From Eledone cirrhosa (lineage: Eukaryota), in assembly GCA_964016885.1 (NCBI GenBank), contig OZ024741.1:347634001-347698000 (forward strand): a stretch of DNA of 64,000 nt, read 5' to 3'. Shown one piece after another: positions 38,364 through 56,337 of this stretch (the first letter of the stretch is position 1; each line of letters starts with the position of its first letter). The translations under genes were made by a program, and so were the position numbers. A model generated the notes under the pieces. It searched no databases. It was not told the origin of the DNA and worked only from the letters and a program-made list of their open reading frames with translations.

Positions 38364-39697
38364 ACACACACACACACACACAGAAACACACAGAAATGCA
38401 CACACTCACACACACACACATACATATATATACATATATTATGTATGCGATAACGATGTTTCTTCTTTAAAATGTGTTAATTGCCGATCGAACGTTACAT
38501 ATATTTCACAGACAGTTGCTTCGAGGTCATTATCGACGTACTCATCAGACCAGTGGATTCACATCAAATCCACATTTTCATCACAAATTTGAGCTGAAAA
38601 TGTTTTGTGACATATTTTCGTTTGTTGCAAATCCTTTTATTAATACAATTTTGAGAGATCAAATTGATGTAAACAAATATGCTGCACATAATGACGCGAT
38701 TAATTACTCATCTTCATTTCAATTGGAAAAACGTTTGCAATCACAATAAACAATTTTATCTGCAATCACAATAAACAATTTATAACTGTATGACCTCAAG
38801 CTATATCATCTTAACATTATTTATCTGTCGACGACTTCAATCTATTACAATATTCAAGAATGATTCAGTATGAAAAATCTCTAATTTCAATAATCCGAAT
38901 ATTGATTTAAAGCTCAATTTTATCAACATCGTTATTAAAACAAGAAATCACAAAAAATCACAAAACAAGAAATCACAAAACAAGAAATCACAAAAAATCC
39001 TTGTCAAGCCTATATGGTTTCAAAATAAATAATATGAAACCGTGTTTCAGTTTTCTTTATCAATACTCCGGCATGTTTTTTGCTACATATGTGGCTACGT
39101 TCTTTCAACCTCACCCTGAGAATTATGGTGGCGACAAAATTATTCATATTAATACAAGAGCTTCATTGATTTTGTTGAAATGCTGGGAACTTAGAGTATT
39201 CCAGGCACGCATTAAAATAATTACTGTTCAACCATTAAACACTAAAAGCAGGATGAAAATCTTATTTCAAATGTTAAGAATAATATGCGATTGGTAACAC
39301 GTGTTGAACCATTTATATTTTATCATATTTCGAGTTTAACATACATATTTCAAAATTTACAATCAGAAAATTCTAATTGTTTTTTTTATCCTACTTTATT
39401 TTAATATACTCGCGTTTGCATATATATGGTAGTATATAGATATTTTCATGAATGTTGGATGTAAACAATTATTGTACAATAAAGATAAAAGCCTACACTT
39501 TTTTCAAATAACTACTGTATTGTTAAACGTACATTACATTTGTTTCCTTTTCAACAAATGCCTGGAATTTAAAGAATTGAAGATTTTCCAACCTGAATTT
39601 AGTTTATACGGAATCTAACTGCTCGCACATAATTAGTTACCCACTCTAGCGTATTAGGAAACTGAAATGAACATTCATTGAAGGTTTACTTCCAACG

Positions 39698-39869
<172 letters not shown>

Positions 39870-39874
39870 AATTA

Positions 39875-41300
39875 TACAATTATCAAAGTTATGTTCAAAT
39901 CATTTAATCGCTGACAATTGTTTCTCCCAACTTTTATTTGGAGACATCGGAGCTTTATCAATGTTTGTACATATAATTAACTTAAAATTCAACTGAACAA
40001 TCACATAGATACATATATATTGATGTTGTGAACAACAGTTTAGCATTTACAGGGTGTAATGGACGCGACATATATTATACGAGAATTGTACAATAATTCA
40101 AATTAAAATTAAAATTAAAATTAAAATTAAAAGCACAGAGTGGAATACATGCGACAGATAATTAAAGACAATAGTGTAATATTTAAAGAGGCATTAAGAA
40201 AGAAGTACATATTCAAGCGTGTAGAGATTGCACATGCGTTAGTCATATATATGAGAAGGAAACACGCATAGGTATTAGGCATATATGAATACTGTATGGC
40301 AAGGTATTACATAAAATACAAGCACTCTAAGTGAATATAATGGAGCATCTAATGCGATGATAATTTCTGTAGAGTTCAATTTTGTATGTGTGGAGAATAT
40401 GAAAGTTACTGATTTCCCATCCATTATATATGTTAAGTTATATTATATTTAATGTTTGTATTGAATGCTTTTAGTTAGTTAGAGTAATGGATTGTAACTT
40501 GGTCTTATTGTATACATAGAGTTGTTCTACAGCGGGATTTTCCAATGGTTTAATATCCGGAAGTGGATATGAGATAAAAAGTTAAGGGGAGCTAATGAGT
40601 AAGGGAGGTAAATAGCTCATTAAACTACTTAAATTCTTTGCTCTAATAGACGTTATATAGTGTCACAATTGAATCCCTTTTACATAATGTTATATATTTA
40701 TATTTAATTTTAAATACAGTCCACTCTCACATAATATATTAAAGGTTTGATTAGATTTTTATCTATCCAATACTAGGCAACATATGGAATAATGTATAGC
40801 TGTTTACATGTTAAATTAGATAAATCCCTTATGTTAATAATTTAATCCTTTATATACAATGTTATTAATGTATACATTTAATTATAAATGTATATATAAT
40901 TCATTGTCACATATTACATTTAATGTCGATACATATTATATATCAATTACTGTATATATTATAAGTAATCTAAAGTATGTATATTAAAAGGTGGTGACTA
41001 TATGTTTATTTCTAATAGTTATTGTAGAGTATAATGTTTGAGATAAATAGGATTTGTGTAGAGGAAAGAGCAGATCAAAGAGTGTGATTTTGTGGGGTAA
41101 GAAAAGTCTTAGACTTGAAGTGTTAATGGTGGTGAGGAATTAAAATCTGACATTGTTATATACTAGCGGCTAGGTTTAAAGCTATGGAATAAGTGTCGGT
41201 AGTGCTGCAGGTATGAGGAAAATATCTCTGACTTTTTATTTAGGAGGTTTAGTTTCGAAAAGATTATAGTACGGGTCTCTAGAAGACAGAGGTAACCTAT
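39875..41300 (-). mobile_element. Naiad-like PLE 3' fragment with a long 3' UTR
   Basis: YLCLLETRTIIFSKLNLLNKKSEIFS resembles the C-terminus of the 35331-35708 ORF; HHR-like motif at 39910-39953 just before (TA)n. Confidence 0.6.
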
Positions 41301-41319
41301 TATTATATATATAATATAC

Positions 41320-41375
<56 letters not shown>

Positions 41376-41555
41376 TACATGAATCAAAGTTCTGTTTAAA
41401 CCATTTATTCGCTTACAATTTTCTTCCAAACCGAGGTTTGAAATCATCAAAGCAATTTTTCAATGATTTTTTTACATACTTGACCTCCTTTCCAACACAA
41501 GAGACTTATAGAAACATATGTATATATTGATGCACAGTGGGTTGACATCCATTAA

Positions 41556-41743
41556 TAATTGTTTCTACTTTAGGCACAAGGCCAGCAATTATCCAGTGCA
41601 TTACTGGTACTTTATTTTATCGACCCCGTAAGGATGAAAGGCAAAGTCAACCTCGGCAGGATTTGAACTCAGATCATAAAGGGACGTAACTATGCTGGAA
41701 AGCATGGCGTCCGACCCTCTACCGATACTGCCAATTCACCGCC
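41556..41743 (-). mobile_element. tRNA-derived SINE with an 18-bp TSD
   Basis: TTGACATCCATTAATAAT at about 41542 and 41762. Confidence 0.9.
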
Positions 41744-41911
41744 GTCCATTTGTCCAATTCATTGACATCCATTAATAATAATATAGCATGGCAATTTACA
41801 TACAAAGATTAAAGTCATATTAAAGGACAAAATTAAAGTTAAAATACAACATTGGCCGTATACGAAGATAAAGCAAGAGGATACTTTGAAGTAGTTAGTG
41901 TATGCAATACA

Positions 41912-42249
<338 letters not shown>

Positions 42250-42250
42250 G

Positions 42251-42361
42251 CTGTAATAAATGAAAACGAAATTTCATTTCTCACTCTTAGTACGGCACTT
42301 ACTTAAATGTAAGTATGTATGTATACGTACATACGTATATGTATACAGACGTACAGTAGCA

Positions 42362-42413
<52 letters not shown>

Positions 42414-43175
42414 CAGGTACACATACATATATGTACGTACCTGTTTAGCGGACGCTTATTATAGCGCCAGCTTTGTTCGTTTGTAAACAAACTGAATTTA
42501 TGCCGTACGGTTTTAAGGCAACCATGTCACCTTTTTGTTCAACACTGACACAGGAACGATGTGCTAGTTTCAAGCTTGTTACCTATCATCAGTACCGTAT
42601 ACCCTTCTGCCAGATGGTTGAACGTTCGAAAGTATATACTTTCCTTATGAAAATTAACGGCTGAGCAGCCTAATTTGCATATCGAGTGAGTTAAATCGGT
42701 CAGGCGCACCAAAAACGATGAGTTGTAATAAAATGAAAACGAAATTTCATTTCTGACTCTTAGAAGGACACTTACTTAAATGTAAGTATGTATGTATACG
42801 AACATACATATATGTATACAGACGTACAGTAGCATGCATATATATATATATATATATATATATACTTTCGAACGTTCAACCATCTGGCAGAAGGGTATAC
42901 GGTGCTGATGATAGCTAACAAGCTTGAAACTAGTACATCGTTCCTGTGTCAGTGTTGAACAAAAAGGTGACATGGTTGCCTTAACACCGTACGGCATAAA
43001 TTCAGGCTGTTCAGTTTGTTTACAAACGAACAAAGCGGGTGCTATAATAAGCGTCCGCTAAACTGATACATACATATATGTGTACCTGTATGTATATATA
43101 TATATATATATATATATGCATGCTACTGTACGTCTGTATACATATATGTATGTACGTTTACATACATACTTACAT
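42251..43175. repeat. Family F4 composite: direct and inverted duplications
   Basis: 42251-42370 repeats at 42724-42845; 42305-42640 is inverted at 42860-43175; third copy at 59885-60312. Confidence 0.85.
42900..42940 (+). ncRNA. Minimal type I hammerhead ribozyme with an intact core
   Basis: CGGTG-CTGATGA-t-AGCT aaca AGCT-t-GAAA-CTAG-TA-CATCG: 5-bp stem I, 4-bp stem II, palindromic stem III, GUA triplet. Confidence 0.8.
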
Positions 43176-43200
43176 ATATATATATATATATAATATATAT

Positions 43201-43246
<46 letters not shown>

Positions 43247-43249
43247 GCT

Positions 43250-43481
43250 CTTTGGTGCAATACAAAAAAATATATATGCATATATATGTATATATATATG
43301 TATATATATATATATATATATGTAGTGAATATATGTATGTGTATATATATATAGTGAATATCATTTCACACCCTTTATTGTTAAGATTTTTGATGTTCTA
43401 TTAAGAGAACCGATTATTCTGAAAAAATCGAATAATGTGCACCATTTTACCAGGGGGAAAAAAATACTGGTCCACCCACAG

Positions 43482-43516
<35 letters not shown>

Positions 43517-43618
43517 CACAAACACATACACACGCGTACATCAACATACAAAGAGACTTACACACACACACACACATTGCTTTCAGACACATTCTTACTG
43601 ACCATCGAATTACTCTGC

Positions 43619-43709
<91 letters not shown>

Positions 43710-43802
43710 ATCTTAATAGCCATTTGACACACATCGCTGCTGGCCATTGTCGCAGCATCGAACACCTTACTACTACTACTACACACACACACACACACAC
43801 AC

Positions 43803-43888
<86 letters not shown>

Positions 43889-44383
43889 ACACATACACAC
43901 ACACACACACATATTTGTTGTGAAAGAGTCATTTCTCAATCTTGGCGCAAAACCAATTTTTTATCCACATGACCTCTACCGACCAATCAAATTTGTTTTG
44001 ACCAAGAATTTTTGCTGGAGCCACTTTTTTAACATAAAAACAGTCTTGGCGCAAAATCAACCTTTTACATTCACATGACCTCTACCGACCGATCAAAATT
44101 GTTTTGACCACAAGCATTTTTGCAACACAAAAATAACGTTGGAGCCACTTTTTTAACATAAAAACAGGTAGAATTCCCAAAACTAATCAGATCAGAGCAA
44201 ACAGCACGGACACTCTATCTCAAAATTATTTTTGAAAAGCATTTAGAAATGCGCAACCGGTAAAAACTTAAAAACTTAAAACCACAACTGAATACTAACC
44301 CATACAATCACTAATACTCTTTTATTCCTAATTAAACCATTTTTCAACTGTGAACAATTTGTCAGCATTTTCTATTCCGTTTA

Positions 44384-44388
<5 letters not shown>
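43250..44388 (+). mobile_element. Solo 3' UTR/pLTR of the Neptune-type PLE
   Basis: Near-identical to 29405-30512. Confidence 0.88.
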
Positions 44389-44471
<83 letters not shown>

Positions 44472-44494
44472 AACATATATATATATAAATATAT

Positions 44495-44684
44495 AACGAA
44501 GGAAATGTGGTAAGGAACGAGGTGTACCATAACGCACCAGAGTACTCGATACTTATAATAGATTGGGTAATAGGAAAAAAATCACGACCCCGACGGCTGA
44601 GCTTCTGCCGTCCAGGCAGCTATGTCAGTTCAGACATAGTTGTCGAAACGGCCGGAGCTTAGCTGTCGGGATCCTGACTCTTTT

Positions 44685-44688
<4 letters not shown>
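44495..44688. repeat. Family F1 copy with an imperfect hairpin
   Basis: CCGACGGCTGAGCT/AGCTTAGCTGTCGG and CAGCTATGTC/GACATAGTTG stems; GAAACGGCCG. Confidence 0.8.
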
Positions 44689-44781
<93 letters not shown>

Positions 44782-45112
44782 TTGTGTGTGTTGTGTGTTT
44801 CATTCTCATTTACATCGATATTTATATCTAGATCTTTTTTAGTCGATTGATAGTGACAATACTAGTGCTCAAGCTTAAAGGGAATTAACCGATCATATTG
44901 ATCCGACATATTATATTTGCAATCTGATATTTAATCTGGTATTTATATTAATCAATTCCCTTTTCTACTCCAGTATGTTATGTGACATGAACATAGACTA
45001 AATAGAAACACTCACTCACGGACACATGTATCTAATCAAAACACACACACACACACACATATATATATACATACATACACATATATATATACATAGATAT
45101 ATACATATATAT

Positions 45113-45780
45113 AACAGTTAGGATAGAAACTAAGGAAAGAAACCTCGGCAATCTTAGAATTAAAGAAGCACTAATTATAGATAAAACGCAACCACCAATC
45201 AATAATAGACTAGAACTCAACACCCAATTTATAACCTGATAGGGCTTCTAGCCCCATATTTACACACCCCACACACACACGCACGCACACACACAGACGC
45301 TTACACCTCCACTCATTCTCTCTCACACATACACACACAAAACTAGTTCTAACACCAGATAACACCTATCCCCCACATTTACGAATAGACTCATCTTCTC
45401 ACACTCACACACACACACTCACATACTTACACATTCATGTATTCTCCCACACACTTAAACATGCATGTATATAAAAATAAAAGCCTAACAAACCCCTTTT
45501 AAAGGTAGCCTACTCTTTATCCTCCTAATTTTAACTCTTTGACATTAGAGATAGAACAGATACTCTATACTATTTCCTGTCAGCATGGCTTGGCAAGATA
45601 TTTAGAACGCTGGTTTGAGACCTTTATTTCCCTCTGAAGAAGAGATATTATCTCGAAAATTAAGGACATTTAAAATAAATCTAAGGTAAAAGACGAATTG
45701 TCAACAATATCTTTTGCAATTGCATTCTTTTTTCTATGTCCATACCTGCATTGTTTTGGCTTTATTATACATATTCAAAC

Positions 45781-45785
<5 letters not shown>
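45113..45785 (+). mobile_element. PLE 3' fragment (GIY-YIG end plus 3' UTR with an HHR)
   Basis: VRIETKERNLGNLRIKEALII resembles ATERSIGSLRIKEALVI in the 32101 ORF; HHR at 45631-45665. Confidence 0.75.
45631..45665 (+). ncRNA. Minimal hammerhead ribozyme
   Basis: CCT-CTGAAGA-a-GAGAT att ATCTC-GAAA-AT-TA-AGG. Confidence 0.7.
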
Positions 45786-45811
<26 letters not shown>

Positions 45812-46918
45812 CTTCGTTTTTTAATTTGTTTTGCAAGATTTCTTACCTGAAAATGTGTGTTGAAACAGCTATTCTTATACTTTGGGAGGGTCATGGTGCC
45901 AATAAAAACACACGCACATTTTAGAGTCACTTCAACTTATTTTGTGTCCCTCCATTGTTCTGTCCTACACTATCCTTTGTTTTTGTGTTGTGCTTAGTTG
46001 GCACATGCGTTATATCCGATTGTGTATGTTAATTTTACAAATATGTAGACATTTAAATATGACAGAAAATGCTTGTAAATTGAAAAGAATGACAAATAAA
46101 TTGATCGATTCTCTGATCTCATAAGGAGGCGTGAATGTCGTCCATTCAACCACAAGGAAACATGGATTTGATGGGTTGTGATGCGTAGTAGTATTATTCT
46201 GAAATGGTCATACTAATTTGAATATAATTAGCACTCGTTTTGTTAATCAAATAAGATACATATTAAGTGGTGCGCTAGCTGCCGGAGTGTAGGATCGAGT
46301 TATATCTTTATATTTACGTTGTTTTTAACCAATACTGCACCAACGTGTATAATAGATATATACAATCACCTAAAACGTAGGTATTTAAACATGCTAGAAA
46401 ATACAAATGTTCGTGTACATTGAAGGTCCGATAAAAACCACACATACACACATACACACACACACATTTACATACACGCACACACACACACGCACACACA
46501 CACACACACACACAAATATATGAGTATTATGTCATTTTGTGAGTATTATGTCATTTTGAGTATGTGTTGGTTGTTTACCAACACATCAGAATGCAGGTCG
46601 GAACACTCAATGAAGTGCGCAGGTTGGTCTATTTAGTCCGGAGTAATGTAAAGAGAAGTGTAAGTCAACTGGGTAAAATTAGCTTCATTTATTCATATTC
46701 GCTGCTATATATATTTCTGTGATAGCCATTATTAAACAGATATGACCTTATCAGGCAGTAAGGACTTGAACGAAAGAAAAAGGAAAATATAATGTAATGG
46801 ATTTTACTTTGTTAATTCATTGATCCAGAGTGTGGTGTTAGTCCTCTAAGGAACTGGAATCCTATGTTTTCAGTTCCTTTACAACATTATGTTTTCCTTT
46901 TGTTTGTTCAAGTTCTTA

Positions 46919-46975
46919 CAGCCTGATGAGGTCATAGCTGTTGAACAATAGCTATGACTGAAAGATATATAGCAG
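46919..46975 (+). ncRNA. Hammerhead ribozyme motif with a 12-bp stem II
   Basis: GC-CTGATGA-g-GTCATAGCTGTT gaac AATAGCTATGAC-t-GAAA-gatata-TA-GC; about 55 bp before (TA)n. Confidence 0.7.
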
Positions 46976-47066
46976 AGAATTAGAATAATCGAAGTTAATT
47001 TTACCCTGTTGAATAACACTTCTTGTTTATATATATATATATATATATATACAGACACATACACAG

Positions 47067-49600
<2,534 letters not shown>

Positions 49601-49629
49601 TATATATATGTATATATATATATAGATAT

Positions 49630-49841
49630 GTATGTAAAAGGTAAACAGAAATAACAACACAATCGGTACAGTATATGGAAGGTATATATTAGGTTAAGGC
49701 TTGATGTAGCAGGAGGAGGGTTTTAACGTTTCAGACGCTAGTCCTTCACCAGAAGAAAGAATGAGAAATAAAATAGATTGAGGAGACGGGCTGGTTGGAA
49801 TTGGAAAAAAAATGTATTTAGATAAAAATAACAAGTCCATT
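49630..49841 (-). repeat. Family F3 copy
   Basis: Reverse complement of 41912-42131. Confidence 0.8.
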
Positions 49842-49906
49842 GATGTTGACATCTCTTGCAAAACTATATATATATATAATTATATATATATATATATACA
49901 CACACA

Positions 49907-49948
<42 letters not shown>

Positions 49949-50137
49949 TGTATAGATATGTAGGGATTGTAAAGTCCAGTTACTGTAGGTTCACCAGTGT
50001 GAGCACACAATGTGTAGTTTCCAGGCGTCCTTTGATTCCAGAGTCGGGCCAGATCGTTACAGATCGAATCTTGAGCTGATTAATAGCGAAACTCACGTCA
50101 CTACTCAATAAACGTAATGAAGACTTAACCAATCTTC

Positions 50138-50185
<48 letters not shown>

Positions 50186-50267
50186 ATAATAATAAATTTG
50201 AAGACTAAAATCCAAAGAGAGCTCGATAAGGATAAATATATATCAAATATATAATAACCGTAGAGCA

Positions 50268-51735
50268 AATATTTATTAAAATACCAGATTAAAGTTTAAG
50301 CAAAGAATCGCTGCGTTCACCTTTAACGCGTTCAGAAGGAATATGACGTCAGTTTCAGCTTAAATCTGGAGTCTAAAAGACAACCACACCCAATATAAGT
50401 TACACTGGGAGATCCTAGCTAGGGCTAGATGGTATAACGGAAATAAAAGACTACATGACCTCTGCGCCGCTGAGGCCCTGGAAATACTCTACGCCAAAGA
50501 CCACATCTTAAACAAAAAATCTGAGGCAATTTCGGCTTGTAAACATAAATTGCACAAAACTTCCCTGCATTACAGCCCCACATTATACCCTAACGGATAG
50601 TACGAACTATACGCGGATATTTCAGGTATTGATGTGGTTGCTAAGTATATATCATGTTTATACCATTAATTATTTGTATAGATAAGTATATATCACCTGT
50701 ATGTTTTGTGAAGGTATGTATATTTGCTTGTATATGTCATGGTGTATATATTATATATACTGGTACATGTGCATATGGATATGTGTACACATGAGTTTTG
50801 CGTCTGAGTAGGTATGCATGTTCGTACGTATGTAGGGTGTGTGTATATGTGTACTATGTGATTTGGTTTACGTAGTCTCCGTAGATATGTGTATTTACAG
50901 GTGGTATGTGTGTGACTGCGTTTATACGTATTTATGTGTGTGACTGCGTTTATACGTATTTATGTGTGTATATTTATATACGTTTCTATAATTATATGCA
51001 TACACGCACACTCTCACACACATATATATATATATATTTTCTATATATTTGTTATGTTTATTTGGTGTATACGTTCGTATGTGTGCGGGTATGGGCGTTG
51101 CGTGGGTTCTGTATGTGAGTACGTGTTTTTTTGTGTACGTGCTTGTATTGGCATACCTATTGCGGGTGTTTTCGCGTGTGCTTGTATATGTACGGATGCG
51201 TGTGTATGTATGGATGCGTGCATGTATATATTTAATTTCAATTACCCCTGTAATTTATTTTCTTTATTCTTAACTCTGAAGCCGAGAATCATTCGGTTTC
51301 CGAATAGAATTTTAGTCTACGACATCAGTTATACCGTATACGTGGTTTTGTCTTTGCGTGTAATTGTTCTCACCGGTCCACATAATGACGTATTATCTTC
51401 GTTTTTTCCGTTCATTGCCAGAGAACGTCTCCACGAACCACCTAATAGAATATTAGTCTACAACTTCATTTATACAATAAATGTGATTTTGTCTTTGCGT
51501 GTAATTGTTTTCACCGCTCCAAATTATGACGTATTATCTTTGTCTTTATCCATCCTTTGACAGGGAACGTTTCCACCAACCAAAGTATCGTCTTCTTGTC
51601 TTCCTTTGGTTGCAACTTTTTTTGAAATATTTACTTCTGCGTTCACAGATTGATTTTTTTAGTTTCAGAAGATCCCGTTAAGGGTGAAAGCAGCGATTCT
51701 TTGCTTAAAATTTAATCTGTTATTTTAACAAATAT
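50268..51735 (+). mobile_element. Naiad-like PLE 3' fragment with an inverted 3' end at the 5' junction
   Basis: Manual translation gives IWSLKDNHTQYKLHWEILARARWY..DLCAAE..LNKKSE..CKH (about 50365-50555). 50268-50330 is inverted at 51676-51735. Confidence 0.75.
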
Positions 51736-51760
51736 ATATATATATATATGTATATATATA

Positions 51761-51812
<52 letters not shown>

Positions 51813-52054
51813 GGTATGCGTGTGTCTTTTTGTGTGTATTTGTGTGTGTGTGTGTGTGTGTTTGTGTAATAAAAGTTGATTCTATGATTAGTTTGTTTTT
51901 TGAACGGTATTTTGTATAATATAGCCGCATCGTATCTTAGAATTCTTCTACCTACAATTTGTGGTGCATGATTTTTTATTTTATTTCGCAAATATTACTT
52001 CGTCTATAACTATGTACAAGAAACGCTTAGGCATAAATAGAATATATATATATA

Positions 52055-52270
52055 ATTGGTGTTGGATATAATAGGCCTTTTCAGCACTCGATGCTCTCAC
52101 AGAGCAGAACATCTGCTACGTAGAATCAAGACGTATCTGAGGACCATGCGATTTTCAGAGTCAGGTTCGATCATCACATCGATCGTGCCTCGAGCTGGTC
52201 GCCAGAGAAACGATTGTAATATGTCTAATAAATTCCATTCGTCGCAACACTGATTCTCTTTTTTTGTGAT
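52055..52270 (+). repeat. Family F2 copy with its tail inverted at the left end
   Basis: 52055-52108 is the reverse complement of the tail seen at 36668-36727 and 30998-31068. Confidence 0.75.
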
Positions 52271-52931
52271 ATATATGTATATATGTGTGTGTGTGTGTGT
52301 GTGTGTATATGTATGTGTGTGAGTGGGGGTTGGGTGGGGTGGGGGTTGAGTGTGTGTCTGTGAGTGTGTGTGTTTGTGTGCTTATATATACAATTTCATG
52401 TATTTGTTAAAGTGCACATCTTCTAAGAAATGCATACATTTGCGGTTTGTTTTCTTAAGCTGCCTTATTTGATCTACCGCAATGAGGATTGCCTTCTTTC
52501 AGATAAATACGGATAATACACAGGCCGGTAGACAAACAGAATGTAGAATAGAATGAGATTAACAGACGATTGCCTTACGCTAAACATATTATCTACTAGC
52601 TTTGGAAATCTGAAAGCTCTGGACTACTACGTATTGGGAGTAGTCATGAGGGACATCAATCAACAGCCCATAACACTATAACATTTTTGTAGTCCGCCAT
52701 AAGGAAGATTATGTCAAAAATAGACAAATCTCGTCTGTCAACATTTCCGATCTCGTATTGAATCAGTCGTCGATGATGACGACGGATTGAATAAGTAGAA
52801 GCGTAAAGAAGTGTCTCAAGATCTTTACGTCATTTGTTTGTGAAATAAACGTCTTAATTCATGACATTTATTAAAGTCATGCAAATATCGTCATAGAATT
52901 GTATGATCGTATATATTTATATATATATATG

Positions 52932-53042
<111 letters not shown>

Positions 53043-53153
53043 ATCTACGTACATATATATATATATATGTTATTAATTCGACGAAATAACAGAAATGACC
53101 TTTATTTCATCTTCATGATTTTCTGGGTTTTGGGGTCAAATTCTAGCTCTTCG

Positions 53154-53268
<115 letters not shown>

Positions 53269-53270
53269 TA

Positions 53271-53493
53271 TAACGGAGGAAATGTGGTAAGGAACCAGGT
53301 GGACCATAACGCACCAAAGTACTCAATACTTAGGGTAGTAGAGTGGGTAATAGGAACGAGTAGGACGCCGACGGCTGAGCTCAAGCCGTTTCGACGGCTA
53401 ATTCTGGACTAAATGAAAATCTTTTGAAAAAGTTCATTTAGTCCAGAATTAGACGTCGAAACGGCTTGAGCTCAGCCGTCGTGGTCCTACTCG

Positions 53494-53562
<69 letters not shown>

Positions 53563-53783
53563 CAGAGGAAATGTGGTAAGGAACCAGGTGGACCATAACG
53601 CACCAAAGTACTCAATACTTAGGGTAGTAGAGTGGGTAATAGGAACGAGTAGGACGCCGACGGCTGAGCTCAAGCCGTTTCGACGGCTAATTCTGGACTA
53701 AATGAAAATCTTTTGAAAAAGTTCATTTAGTCCAGAATTAGCCGTTGAAACGGCTTGAGCTCAGCCGTCGGGGTCCTACTCGT

Positions 53784-53788
<5 letters not shown>
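53271..53788. repeat. Two tandem F1 copies, each with an approximately 62-bp-arm palindrome
   Basis: 53271-53494 and 53560-53788 are near-identical; ACGAGTAGGAC ... GTCCTACTCGT arms. Confidence 0.9.
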
Positions 53789-53874
<86 letters not shown>

Positions 53875-56230
53875 CGAACATGTGTTTGTTTGCGGGGTTC
53901 GTACATAAGGTTTTGAGTGCAGAATTAAGGATATATGTATTACTAGGTTAAGTGATTAATATCATGGTTATCATGCAGACACAGTGCAGCAAACAGTAAT
54001 CCGATACCACGTGGACTCCAATATACAGAAGTCCATATGAATGTATCTAATAATGATTGGCTATTCACGATAATTCAAAGAGTAAGGGAACTGACTATAA
54101 TGACATTGACGAAGCCAATTTAAATTAGAAATATCACGGCATATATCACTTATGTTAATTAAGTCAACCCCCTAATCAAACTGATTAAAGTTTCACTGTC
54201 TTGTATAGAATAATTACAATTCCACGCAAAGTGACCTTTATTGTTGGATATTTGAGAAGTTTCAACATATTAATATGTCAGTTCACTGTCGTAAATGGCT
54301 TTCTATTGCCCCTTCCATTTGCCGATGTATCTCACTCTTCCTCTCTTTGTGTAAAGATGCACACACACCCGAATGTACACAGGTACATATGTGTGTGTGT
54401 ATGTCTATTTATTGATTTTGTATTTATATATCTACTGAACTATCTGCAGCTTGATTGTTCTAAATGGTTTGCTTCTGAAATATTTACTGTTAATAAAAAT
54501 AGATTGGCGAAGTTTGTTTCAAGCATGGGGATATATATCTATTAAAATATTTCTTCTCGGGATATATCTTCGAAATGTTGGGGTATCTACTTATCTCTTT
54601 ATATCTATGAAACAAATTACTCTTGTTCCTGACATGCTGACAATCATTTAAAAGGAACTCAAGTTGATTTTATCAGATATGTTGACTTCAGGAACTGATG
54701 TCATGATGTCAATTTAACATTTTTTTAATTATTTTTAAAGTCACGAATTATTCAATGAATTTATAACACGCTAGTTCAGTTGGAGAAAATCATATGTAAT
54801 ATTTTTACAATGTAAAAAAAAAAAAATCTAAGAATATATCATTTCCATAACAATTTGTGCTAATAACCTTTTTGATATTGTTTTCCTGTTTTTATGAGTA
54901 TAACATACGTAAATGCAATTATATTGGTGTGCATTTCTGTGCATTGAAGTGAATCATGCTTTCTAAAATACATTTGGCCTGAAAATACATTATGAGTAAA
55001 CGAGGGGAATCCTATCAGGTCAGCTGACACATGCATTCCAAGGTACATGATTCAGGGTGCATAAGTATCTCTTGCACACGCGTCTGTATTTGCATGGAAA
55101 TCAGTGTCGGGGCTGTGAAACAGTCGGAGTTGAATGTTTCCCGAATTTTACTCCACTTTCCGAGTCTACACACCTACATGTTCGTAGTGATTGTACACCT
55201 CGAAGTTCAGCTGTTTGTAAATGTATCACAATATCGGCGTACGCGAAGCCAAACAGCTTCTCTTACGGCCATACCACGAAATTAAATTTATAAAGCAAAG
55301 ATTATATTCACCAATGCCTCACTTTCTATATAAAGCTTTGTGACTTGTTATTAGAATGAGTGTGTATGTATATGCCGAATTACATATAAATATTTGCACA
55401 CATCCCTAAGCTGTTCAATAAAAACGTTCGCTCACTTACGCCTCTACACTTATTCCGTTGTCACTTCCGTTACGGTCCTAAGACCATACTTCACCAATTT
55501 GTACAGAGAAACAAAGAAACTATCTGCTGCTGAACGACCAGTGTCCGAAATGAAAAGAGATTTTCCTACTACAGCAAGTCTTATAGCAATATTTTCCAAC
55601 ATTCTATTGTGTTGTTTCCTTTGTTATTTCTGTTTACTTTGATATATTTCATGGCCTATGCCATGTCTAACTTAAAATCACCACCTGGTGAAATGTTTCA
55701 AGTATTGAATAGGACACGATGGCCCAATAAATTAGAGAGTTATTTTCTCGGCGATATTTCAAGGAGAAGGGGGTATACCCAGAATTTATTGTGGAACAAG
55801 GACATTTTGAATTTCATGGTATCTGTTTCTCTTTGTGTGTGTATTTGTGTGTATTTGGCGGGACCATTTGAGATAAAATAATTTTACCGTAATGAGATGT
55901 GAGCTTGTTTTATTTGTGGGCAAAAACGTTAGTTTTGTTTTGAAGATCATGCCAACATCAATTAGGCAATGGTAATGGAATATTTTCCACTTCATGCAAA
56001 TCATGTATTGCTCACGACAAATTTGGAGGGATAGAGTTTTGGCTTTTCTATACGACCCCAGTAGTCAAGGCATGTCACGCCGTCTATCGTTTTTGTAATT
56101 TAACTAAAAGTTGCTTCAATGTTCATAATACATTGTTGAATGTGAAGCAACCACAATGGATAACAGTGATTATGTTGAGTGTTGATTGTCAGGAAATACT
56201 TGATCAATTGTAGAAACATTCCAGAGACTA

Positions 56231-56337
56231 TAATTATTTCTACTTTTGGCACGAGGCCAGCAATTACCCAGTAACTTACTGCTACTTTATTTTATCGACA
56301 CCGTAAGGATGAAAGGCAAAGTTGACCTCGGCAGGAA
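56231..56337 (-). mobile_element. 5'-truncated SINE
   Basis: 3' half of the SINE family. Confidence 0.8.

Noticed and set aside
38940-39000. Short CAAGAAATCACAAAA tandem; also (AATTAA)n at about 40101 and an approximately 145-bp duplication at 51300-51580
   Set aside because: Ordinary slippage duplications.
40048-40056. TA-CAGGGTG as the missing maT left TIR
   Set aside because: Only 7 nt match, 20 kb away, and inside another element.
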